Assembly (NCBI GenBank): GCA_000004985.1
Contig: GG738850.1
Source of the DNA: Naegleria gruberi
Lineage: Eukaryota
DNA length: 64,000 bases
Reading direction: 5' to 3' (one strand)
Positions 55,536-64,000 of this stretch are shown here, piece after piece. Made by a program: the position numbers and the translations under genes. Each line of letters begins with the position of its first letter. The stretch's first letter is position 1. A model generated the notes under the pieces. The model saw only the letters and a list, made by a program, of their open reading frames with translations, was not told the origin of the DNA and searched no databases.

Positions 55536-56300
55536 TTATGGCATCACATTGGCAACAATATATTGAAAGGTAAGGAATATTTGAATTCTATGATGATGGA
55601 TGAATATTGTAAAATTATTACAAAATATTTAATATAATATTATAGTAATATTGTAAAATCTAGGTTTTTTACTCATGGAGCAATACACGGACTGAATGGA
55701 GCTAAATGGGCACAATCAGATGGATTGGAAATTACTAAAAAACAAGTGAAGGAATTGTTAAAGATTTTACAAGATGAAAAGTTGTCATCACCACGATTGA
55801 TTAATAGTTTGGTTTCGAATTCACAAGCACTTACTAATGTATCAGAGAAATCTTCCATCTTTTCAAATTCAGGTGATTTATCATTAGTGGTGGAAAATGA
55901 TGAATTGAAACGAAAATTATCAAATCTGTCACAGATCAGTACATCACTGGGTAATGTGGGATTGGAAATTAATTTCAATGGAAATCAAATGTTTAGAGTT
56001 GTAAATGTTGACAAGTATTGTGCCTTATTAGCTTGTTGGAATTTTGGAGATTCGGATAATGCTTCGTCAATTCCATTTTGTAAAGTATTTAATGTAGAAA
56101 AGGGAGAGTTCTTAATACCTCCAACTCATGTATTTTATTGTGTAACCACTAGTATGTGTATTCTGATAGGTTTGGTGAATAATTCATGTGTATTACCAGA
56201 AGATCATCATAATAATCAAGCCATAGAATTGACAAATTTTGATGTGGCTATGAAAACATTGGACAAGTTTGCAGATTACTTATTGGAATCTGGGTACTAA
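55536..56300 (+). CDS. profilin-like protein, enlarged (about 222 aa); exon 1 55536..55567 (MASHWQQYIE-), 96-nt intron 55568..55663 (AAAG|GTAAGG…ATCTAG), exon 2 55664..56300
   Basis: N-terminus MASHWQQYIER-FFTHGAIHGLNGAKWAQSDG… matches profilin MSWQTYVD…AAIIGHDGSVWAQS. C-terminus …VAMKTLDKFADYLLESGY matches …VERLGDYLIDQGY. The central region contains an insertion relative to canonical 130-aa profilins. Confidence 0.5.
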
Positions 56301-56810
56301 AACAATTTGGTACACTACTAGGAAACTAATTTATTAAAACGACAATTATTTGTTGTAGTTTGATGCAAGATCACATTAGGTTTTTTAGCAATTACAATAA
56401 TTACAATGTATTGTGTCCAAGAATTCTAATGGACAACCACGGTTGATTTTTACTAACACTTAAAGATCTAGATTACTCCCTCTGTCCAGAGCTGCCTGCA
56501 TAGCACATTCACTGTCAGTTTTCAATTGTTGATGGTATTTATTGTTCGAATATGGCAGGGCATTCAAAAATTGTAATTTGACGATTCGAAGGGTCCTTTA
56601 GAAAGTCTTATCCATCAAGAAAAAAACGAGAAAAGATCTGTCACAAGGTTTTGCTTATCAACCATATCACAAGCAGTACAGTCGAAATTTTCACAACTGT
56701 AGGTTGGCCAACCATGATTTTTTGTTGTTAATAATATTTGATGGTTTCTTTCGGATATAATTTGACAATGTGGATATTGACAATCTCTCTTCATGGATTA
56801 ACAGTTGGAA

Positions 56811-58289
56811 ATGATGAGAACACCATCATCTCCACCGACCAACAGCAACTCACCACAACAAGCTAGTATTCTTCTCAACAACAATATTTCTACAAATGTT
56901 TCCTCTTCGAATAAGAAAGTTACTATTTCATCATCAGCAGAGCCAATAGCAATGAACCAATCACAAGTTAATCTTGCCAATCCGAGTGAAAGTGGCAAGT
57001 CAGGAAGTTCGTTTAGTCAAAGTAAGATTACATTTCGTACATGTTGTGGTGTAATTGAGCTGACTTCTATGAAGTTGGCTTGTTTATTTGGAATGTTAGT
57101 CACTGTTATTGGATTATTAGTTTTGGCTGGTGTTGCAGTTGCAGCCTTTATTACTGCAACTTCCAAGTCGACTGAAATTTTAATTTCTGTTGGCAGAGTT
57201 ACTTCACAATTCGAAGGTGCTAATGCCATAATTGTCAGATATGTTTTCGCAGGAACAGCTGAAACATATTCAACAACTTTGGCTACTTATAAGAAATCCT
57301 ATCTTGCTCTTCAACAAAATTTGACAAACATTCTGGCAAATCTTAATGATCCTCAAATAGAGACAATTTTCAATTCCACAGCCATAACTGCTGTAAATAA
57401 TGTGGATTCCCTAAACACTATGATGATGTATATGGCTGGTGGAGTAACTAACACTCAGCGATCTGATGCAATTGAAAAACTCAATAGTGAAGTTTACAAA
57501 AATTATTTTACTACTTTCCGTTCAGGTTTGGATGAATTAGTGACCTATGTGCAAGAAAAGGAACAGGTAAAAGATCAGAATATTTTGGCAATCACATTGG
57601 TGCAGCTCATTATTATTGTACTTTCATTATTTGTCATTTTGCCTATCATTATATTTGTGTTTACATATGCCATTAATCGTGACTCGTTATATTTGGAAAA
57701 GATTCGTCGTGCTAATGCAGTCATGTTGATGGATACAATTGAGGATGAAGGTTTGAGAGCTCTTTTCAAGGTTCATTGTGAAAAGGAAAAGTCGAGTGAA
57801 AATTTCCTACTCCTTGAAAAGATTCAATATTATCGTTCTTTGTGTGAACGTTCTATAGATTTACAAATGAGATTATTTGGTCAGGATGCCGCTATAAGTG
57901 ATGCTCTGAGTGATATTTCGGCAGATTCATCTCACTCCTCAAAGAAAAAGAAGGAATCTCCATTAGAAAGAGAATATAACGAATTGGAGGCAAAGAAGTA
58001 TGAAGTTGCTTTTGAAATATTTACTGAATTTTTGGAAGTAACTGGTGATATGGCTGTCAATGTTTCAAAGGTTCTTACAGATTTTGTGAAGGATAAACTT
58101 GACAAGTTCAATGACAAACAAATTGATACCCTGCCAGAGGACATGTTTGATATTTTAGGAAAAGAAACATGTCTTGTCATGATGGATACTCACCATAGAT
58201 TCAAACAATCTCTTGCATTCCAACGTGAAATGAAGATTGACAAGATAAAGGTAGACCAGATAAAAAAGAAAAGGAATATAGAATTTTAA
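56811..58289 (+). CDS. two-TM membrane protein with extracytoplasmic helical sensor-like domain and C-terminal RGS domain (about 492 aa)
   Basis: TM1 LACLFGMLVTVIGLLVLAGVAVAAFI and TM2 ILAITLVQLIIIVLSLFVILPIIIFVF. RGS region …LRALFKVHCEKEKSSENFLLLEKIQYYRSL…AFEIFTEFLEVTGDMAVNVSKVLTDFVKDKL…LPEDMFDILGKETCLVMMDTHHRFKQS…. The track start at 56805 is TTG; the first ATG is at 56811. Confidence 0.6.
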   Translation: MMRTPSSPPTNSNSPQQASILLNNNISTNVSSSNKKVTISSSAEPIAMNQSQVNLANPSESGKSGSSFSQSKITFRTCCGVIELTSMKLACLFGMLVTVIGLLVLAGVAVAAFITATSKSTEILISVGRVTSQFEGANAIIVRYVFAGTAETYSTTLATYKKSYLALQQNLTNILANLNDPQIETIFNSTAITAVNNVDSLNTMMMYMAGGVTNTQRSDAIEKLNSEVYKNYFTTFRSGLDELVTYVQEKEQVKDQNILAITLVQLIIIVLSLFVILPIIIFVFTYAINRDSLYLEKIRRANAVMLMDTIEDEGLRALFKVHCEKEKSSENFLLLEKIQYYRSLCERSIDLQMRLFGQDAAISDALSDISADSSHSSKKKKESPLEREYNELEAKKYEVAFEIFTEFLEVTGDMAVNVSKVLTDFVKDKLDKFNDKQIDTLPEDMFDILGKETCLVMMDTHHRFKQSLAFQREMKIDKIKVDQIKKKRNIEF

Positions 58290-58348
58290 AGAAATTATTA
58301 GTTGTACAAATTTAGAGCTAGGAGTTTTGATAAATCAATTGACCATAA

Positions 58349-59239
58349 TTAATTAATTCTAGTTTCATTATGAAGTTCTCTCAGTGCATCCCACCAATTT
58401 GTAAATGGTGTATCCATCTTGTCAGCATTGAATTGAGGAATATTATCCTTGATTATTTTTTGCATATGATTAAACATGATTTGATTTCCAAGAGGAGACA
58501 TGTGAAGCCCATCACTGAAAGGATGTCCAGTTGTCCACTCATGCATATCAGTCCACAAATCACACAAGTATACATTTCCTCTTTGGTCATTATTATTTCC
58601 ACTTGTAACAATTTCTCTAACAGCTTGAGCATACATGGCAGTGTGCTTGTTATCTCTGAAACCTCCTTGAGGTCCAGAAGTTTGATTCCATTGAGTTGCA
58701 TTCATTGGTGGTGGAGTGGTGAGAATAATGTCAATTCTTGATGACACCATTTTCTTCTTCATAATTGAAATCATTTCCTTAATATTCTCAGTGTATCTCT
58801 CCACAGGAACGTGTTGTTGTGTTGGAGAGTCTGCGAAACAAGCATCATTAGCTCCCATAGTAAAGATGACCAAAACTGGTTGATTCCAACTCTGGGTTGG
58901 TTGTAAAAATGTCTGTTCAAAATCATTCTCCATAATATTCACCAAAAGGTCAGTATTCCATCCAGAAAATCCACGATTAATAATATCTACCATATTAATA
59001 TACCATCCCAAGAATAAATGTTGAAAACCGTTCGGTAATGATGAAAATTGAGTAATCGAATCACCAACAATATACAACATTGGACGATCCCTAACAAAAT
59101 GATAATCCTTTGATGTTACTATTGTTGATGGTTTGACCTTTCCGATGTGAATCGCACCAATGCATGGTTGAAAATTCATCATCATGATGATCATCAACAG
59201 TGCTGTTATTACTAACATAAAACTCTTCAGTTGTTGCAT
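58349..59239 (-). CDS. secreted SGNH/GDSL-family hydrolase (IAH1-like esterase), 296 aa
   Basis: Signal peptide MQQLKSFMLVITALLMIIMMMNF. Block I LYIVGDSITQF, block III GANDAC, block V DGLHMSPLGN (DxxH) are present. Confidence 0.7.
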   Translation of the reverse strand: MQQLKSFMLVITALLMIIMMMNFQPCIGAIHIGKVKPSTIVTSKDYHFVRDRPMLYIVGDSITQFSSLPNGFQHLFLGWYINMVDIINRGFSGWNTDLLVNIMENDFEQTFLQPTQSWNQPVLVIFTMGANDACFADSPTQQHVPVERYTENIKEMISIMKKKMVSSRIDIILTTPPPMNATQWNQTSGPQGGFRDNKHTAMYAQAVREIVTSGNNNDQRGNVYLCDLWTDMHEWTTGHPFSDGLHMSPLGNQIMFNHMQKIIKDNIPQFNADKMDTPFTNWWDALRELHNETRIN

Positions 59240-59805
59240 TTTTTTTGTCGTATTGTAATTTTGTAAAAAAAAAACCTTTTGGCTTAATGGAGAAAATTCG
59301 GGGAATTCATTGTTGCAAATAATTCCTTATTAATATTTGGAGGTTAATTTAATAACAAAAAAATGGCGAAAAGTCAAGTCAGGAGTACATCATGCCTCTG
59401 TTGATTCTTGGTGTAATTTCACATCTATTAACTCCAAGAATTTCACCACATCATCTCATCATGATTTAAATAATAGTATTAATAGTAATTTTTGGAATTC
59501 AATCCTTCAATCATGATTTGAAATAATGTTATTTTTTGGAAAAATTCAAGTTGGTACATCATCATAGGAACAACCAACCATCATCATTGTTATTTATCAT
59601 ACACCATTATAATAGCAATATTTGTGGAAATAAATCTGATAATAGTAATATTTTAGTGAAATTTAATATTTTCACTAAAATCATCACAGCCAATCTTCTT
59701 AAACATTAAACTTTTGTCCATTCCATAAACATTCGGAATGAATTCAACATCTTTTCCCTTAAAACCAGCTAATTTTACAATCTTCATTAAGGAACCTTAA
59801 AAAAA

Positions 59806-61089
59806 ATGAGATTCGTCAGAGAGCGTCTTGAAGTCGTTACCTGTTACATTCCTTTCAATGGTGAGGCGGTTGGTGATAACACTTCTCAAAGTTTACAGAA
59901 GACTCCTGGTAAGAACCATTATCCATCCAATGCTTGCTTTAACGTTTTTTGGTATCAACAACCAACATGGACACCACCTTTCTGCAAGTATCTAATAGAA
60001 TATTATGATACTCTCAAATCATTACCAAGTGCTTCGGAAGGTGCTAGTGCTGTTGTTAGATTAAGTTCCACGAGGCAAACTGGTAACAACTCTTTTGTTC
60101 GAAGTTCAGGCTCTGGATTTTACCTTCTTCCCAACACAATTATTACAACTAGTCATGTTGAAGCTGAACTTGAGAGAATTGGTGGTAAAATAACTGCATT
60201 CAGCAATGCATGGAACAATAGCAATTCAACAATTTTGCCTACCAGGATCAGAACCTTGCATTCTGGGAAAACTATCAAAGATTCCCAATTGGGTAATTTA
60301 TTTCCGGTCACTTATAGTTGGGTTGGAAGAGATCCTATCACTACCAAAGTAGGAGACTTTGATTACTTTGATGTCACCGCAATGGACTTTACTACTGGTT
60401 CTCTTGGTAATAAGGTTTTTTTCATTCCTTCTCCAAGAATTTTGCAACCTAATGATGAAATTATTTCTCTTTCTTATCCAGGAGACAAGCATCAACAACC
60501 TCCTTATTCTAGTAGCCTTACTTATGTTGATTGGGCTCCAAGTGAATCCTTTTTGAAGGACAATATCTTTAATGGCTACGGAAAGTTATGTGCAAGTGTT
60601 GGGACGATTATGCACCCATACAAATTGTCAGAAAATGGATTTGTAGAAAAAGATGAAAACTTTCGTTACGATTCGTCTAATCAAGAATGTTTGGCAAGCT
60701 CTGAATGCTTAATATATGGAAGTTCTGGTGGTGTTATGATTTCAAAATTCTCACAAGTGTATCAAATTGGAGAGTATACATTAGTTGAGTTTAATGCTAT
60801 CCACACTGGTGGAGAGTTTGTTCGATGTTCAGATTGTTTGAAAGAAAGTTCATCTGCTTACATAATTTCTCCACCAGATTCTTGGAGATTGTGTGGAACT
60901 TGTGTTAATAATGTAAACATTTCTTTCAATAATGCAATTACATACTCTACAAGTATTTCAGTTCATTCAAAGCCATTTGTTGAATTTTATTCAAGTGTTA
61001 TTCTTCCACAACTTTGTAAACTTCCACTCACAACAATTCCTGATTCACTTATTGAATACTGTCAAATGCATCAAATTAATATCAAATAA
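59806..61089 (+). CDS. trypsin-like (chymotrypsin-fold, Trypsin_2-type) serine peptidase domain protein, 427 aa
   Basis: …GSGFYLLPNTIITTSHV… (His region) and …LIYGSSGGVMISKF… (GxSxG nucleophile region) are spaced as in S1/S1-like peptidases. No obvious signal peptide. Confidence 0.5.
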   Translation: MRFVRERLEVVTCYIPFNGEAVGDNTSQSLQKTPGKNHYPSNACFNVFWYQQPTWTPPFCKYLIEYYDTLKSLPSASEGASAVVRLSSTRQTGNNSFVRSSGSGFYLLPNTIITTSHVEAELERIGGKITAFSNAWNNSNSTILPTRIRTLHSGKTIKDSQLGNLFPVTYSWVGRDPITTKVGDFDYFDVTAMDFTTGSLGNKVFFIPSPRILQPNDEIISLSYPGDKHQQPPYSSSLTYVDWAPSESFLKDNIFNGYGKLCASVGTIMHPYKLSENGFVEKDENFRYDSSNQECLASSECLIYGSSGGVMISKFSQVYQIGEYTLVEFNAIHTGGEFVRCSDCLKESSSAYIISPPDSWRLCGTCVNNVNISFNNAITYSTSISVHSKPFVEFYSSVILPQLCKLPLTTIPDSLIEYCQMHQINIK

Positions 61090-61248
61090 ATAAACATATT
61101 TTAAAGCTCTCAAAGACAATTCCGAACAATACTTTAGGATCCACATAGCATTGTTTCTTGTGGCAATACAAACAGAGAGGAATCATTTTTTAATTAATAA
61201 TTCGAAATGTTTAGTTTATAATTGTTAAAAGTGGAATCTAAGAATAAA

Positions 61249-61848
61249 CTACATTTTGGAAAGGTCTCTTTCGAATACTCTTTCGCATAACATTCTTCCA
61301 TTAAATCTGCTCACTCTATTAGTTTGATAGGTGAGATAATTTCTCGAATCTCTCAATTCGAAACCATTATTTCCCAACAATTCCCACAAGGCATGAGTAC
61401 TATCAGTCATGGCATAAGGAACTGCATACGAATCATCAGTTTGACTCATATCCCTCGCCCAAATCAAATTTAATTCGAAATCTTCAAAGACAACTTGAGC
61501 AATTTGTTGACCTTCCAAATATTCTGAATTATTTGGATAAGAAACTCCAAATAATTCCTTAAAAACTGATGGAGCAATTCTTAATGCTTGGAAAACATCT
61601 TTTGGTCCAATAATTTCTCTCACATTAATGTACTGTTTCGTTGACTTTTTTGCCTGAATCTTATTGACCTTTCCTCCAATCACTGGAATGGAAACTGGAT
61701 CTTGAATCATTGGAGAGAATGATCCAGGAGGTGGTGGAGTGCCTCCTCCTACTTTGAAAGAACTGTTTATTCCAGGAGGTGGTGGTGGAGTAAATCCTTG
61801 AGAAGTACTAATATTGCTATTATTGCTTGGTGGAGGTGGTGGAGGCAT
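61249..61848 (-). CDS. hypothetical protein with poly-Pro N-terminus (MPPPPPPSNN…PPPPPG…), 199 aa
   Basis: ATG-initiated ORF. I recognised no domain in the C-terminal 140 aa. Confidence 0.4.
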   Translation of the reverse strand: MPPPPPPSNNSNISTSQGFTPPPPPGINSSFKVGGGTPPPPGSFSPMIQDPVSIPVIGGKVNKIQAKKSTKQYINVREIIGPKDVFQALRIAPSVFKELFGVSYPNNSEYLEGQQIAQVVFEDFELNLIWARDMSQTDDSYAVPYAMTDSTHALWELLGNNGFELRDSRNYLTYQTNRVSRFNGRMLCERVFERDLSKM

Positions 61849-63098
61849 TTGTTGGTTGACTTGTTTTTTTGAAGTTGGTTTTCGGTTGTGTCATGTTATT
61901 GGACTCGTATTTATAGAGTTTAGTTTATCATGATAACATGGTACAGTTGGTAAAATGGAATCAGAAATCACGGTTAAATGAACTCCAAGGTTCTTTTGTT
62001 ACTTTGAGTTGAACTGGAAAGAAGAAGAAAAGAGGTGCAACACGGCAATGGACTTGGATCTATCCTACCATTTCAATGAATCGTGTTACGAAATTACTAT
62101 AAAAGGTGCACTACTTTTATTTCTATTGTTTTTCACAATATTTTCCCATTTCTTTAAAAAATTTAAAATATTAAAATGAATTCGAAATTTAACAAATTAT
62201 TAAATATCCAATTTCCATAAATGAGACGAACAATCCAAACACACACATACCAGTTAGCAGAACTCAGTTAAAGCACTAGTTCTCACACATTTCACTCTAT
62301 CACCAACAATTAATTGTGGTAATTCTACGCCATTGCCATCACTCAAATTCTTATCACTTTGTTTGAAAATGTACATTTTCAAATTGGTCAATATAATTTT
62401 CTTCTGTGATGCAATTTTCTTGTTGATTATTCTTTCGTTTGGAGAAAAGAGTTTCGTATTGGTATAAGAAATTGTTTGTAAGAGAAAATCCGAATTGTCG
62501 ACAGGATCATAAAATATATCCATTGATGGATAATAGAAAAGAATGGATGAATGTTGATTGCGCAAAAATCAGGAATTGCCATCTATGGTTTTTTTGAGAT
62601 ATTGAAATCTTTAGAAATATCCAGAGGTTATTCACCAAATAAATATAACTCCTCTTTATATGAAACAAGGAGGAATTCATGCTATTATTATTTGGAAGAG
62701 CCACATTGATTGTGGATACTATCTGAACTGAAATGAGGTAGAAAGAAGGCTAACAATATTTAGACAAACGGACATCCATTTGTTAATGACAAGTCAACAG
62801 CTGGCGAAAAGAACTGTATTCCGAGAGATGACAAAACTCCCATCAACATCTGTATCTATTGAACATTATTTGCATGTACATTTTCCTCTTGTTATTTAAT
62901 GGCAAATGACAAGTCCAGATGCTACAATTGTATTGTTCAATTAAGGACTTTACTAAATATCTCTTGGTCTAATGACCGAAAAAATTTAAACGAGATGCAT
63001 TTAGTATTTCATCAACCTATTCTTAATACTGGCAACTAAAAATGCATGATGATTGAGCATCAAACAAGCTCAATACCCAATAGAAAAAATCATAAAAA

Positions 63099-64000
63099 AT
63101 GAAAGAAACGACACAAGTCATTCCTGTCAGATCCAAGCACGATGCAGAAGATAATACTCAATCTATCGAAGATACTTCAAGCGATAATTTTCAACAAGAA
63201 GACGCAAGAAAGGTTGCATTCTTTGGTTCAATTAAAATGTGGTTGATTCTAATTATTTCTGTAATTGTATTATTGACAGTTTTTATTCTGTCAGCAATTT
63301 GGTTGAGTAGTTTCATTCCTTCAGTTGTTGAATATAGCAAGGAACTAAGAGATTTTGAATTTGATAATATTGTTGCATTTGTCAAACAAACAATTAGAGA
63401 AGTAAAAATGACAAGTGAAACTGGTAAACATTTAATGATGAAAACACTTGATTTTTCGAATAGAGATCAGATAGAAGTGTTGATTTATCAGTTTTTGAAA
63501 CAGCAGTGGACCTATCTTAAAGGTTTAGTTGTTACAAATCACATTGGTGACAATGAAGGAAGGTAAATACTTTACAACAGTTTTAATCTTTACAATATTG
63601 CATTAATTTCTTTAGACAATATGGAATTATGGATTGGGGAGGAAAACCTACATTATTCAACATCACCACAAAAGATCAACAACTTTATTATTGTAATAAT
63701 TTTGATGAACTTGATTATTGTAATAGAAGTTCAACTCCAGACATTCAATTAGGATTTTTTGATTTGACAATTTTGATTAATGCTGGAAATGCACATCCAG
63801 GAAAACCAACCATCACTAATAGTTTCATAGATGCATCACAACCACAGTATACTTTCATTACAATGGTTAATTCTATTGAGTTACCTCAACCAGATTTGAA
63901 AGGAAACAAATTTAAATATTACTTAGGAACAGATTTGTCTGCTGAGACTATTTCTCAATATTTGGCACATGTAACGTTGAAATTGAGTGGTTCTAAGAGT
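63099..64000 (+). CDS. type II membrane protein with extracytoplasmic sensor-like domain, partial (continues beyond window end); exon 1 63099..63563, 58-nt intron 63564..63621 (AG|GTAAAT…TCTTTAG), exon 2 63622..>64000
   Basis: TM MWLILIISVIVLLTVFILSAIWL. Exon 2 continues in phase (…NEGR|QYGIMDWGGKPTLFNITTKDQQLYYCNNFDELDYCNRS…) to the end of the window. Confidence 0.45.

Noticed and set aside
1-64000. Prokaryotic or operon-style interpretation (including a search for defence islands, CRISPR arrays and phage genes)
   Set aside because: Spliceosomal introns with GTAAGT donors, a eukaryotic GAR1, Rap/Ras, profilin and RCC1, poly-N/Q tracts and nuclear-type tRNAs show this is eukaryotic nuclear DNA. 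No CRISPR-like direct repeat arrays or IS-like inverted repeats were seen.

Overview
This window is AT-rich eukaryotic nuclear DNA (about 65–68% AT overall, intergenic DNA about 78–80% AT). It is not prokaryotic: many genes are split by short GT–AG introns of 42–200 nt, proteins carry poly-N/Q/T/H low-complexity tracts, and there are nuclear-type tRNA genes and a GAR1 gene. The gene content is most consistent with a social-amoeba-like (dictyostelid) genome that is less AT-extreme than D. discoideum. This attribution is an inference, not proven. The gene content: an ACG-like receptor cyclase, a Rap-type GTPase ending in a CAAX box, a 7TM–RGS receptor, giant EGF-repeat proteins, profilin, ENPP, a GT10 fucosyltransferase and N/Q-rich proteins. 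I resolve about 35 protein-coding genes on both strands at very high density. Two convergent pairs have stop codons that overlap on a TTAA palindrome. Many first M residues in the supplied ORF track come from GTG or TTG codons. I re-derived true ATG starts and splice junctions by hand where I could. The most notable content is: (1) a head-to-head pair of paralogous giant EGF/tenascin-type repeat proteins, one TM-anchored and one secreted, sharing a bidirectional promoter; (2) a signalling island with three RGS-domain genes (one a 7TM–RGS fusion), a Rap/Ras-like GTPase and a receptor-type cyclase-like protein whose two metal-binding Asp residues are replaced; (3) ultrashort introns (42–55 nt) and a 25-nt micro-exon; (4) a KCTD/BTB gene with an unresolved frame discontinuity; and (5) a tRNA-Asp-like element lacking most of its D-arm. 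Homologies are from motif recognition by eye. No database search was possible.
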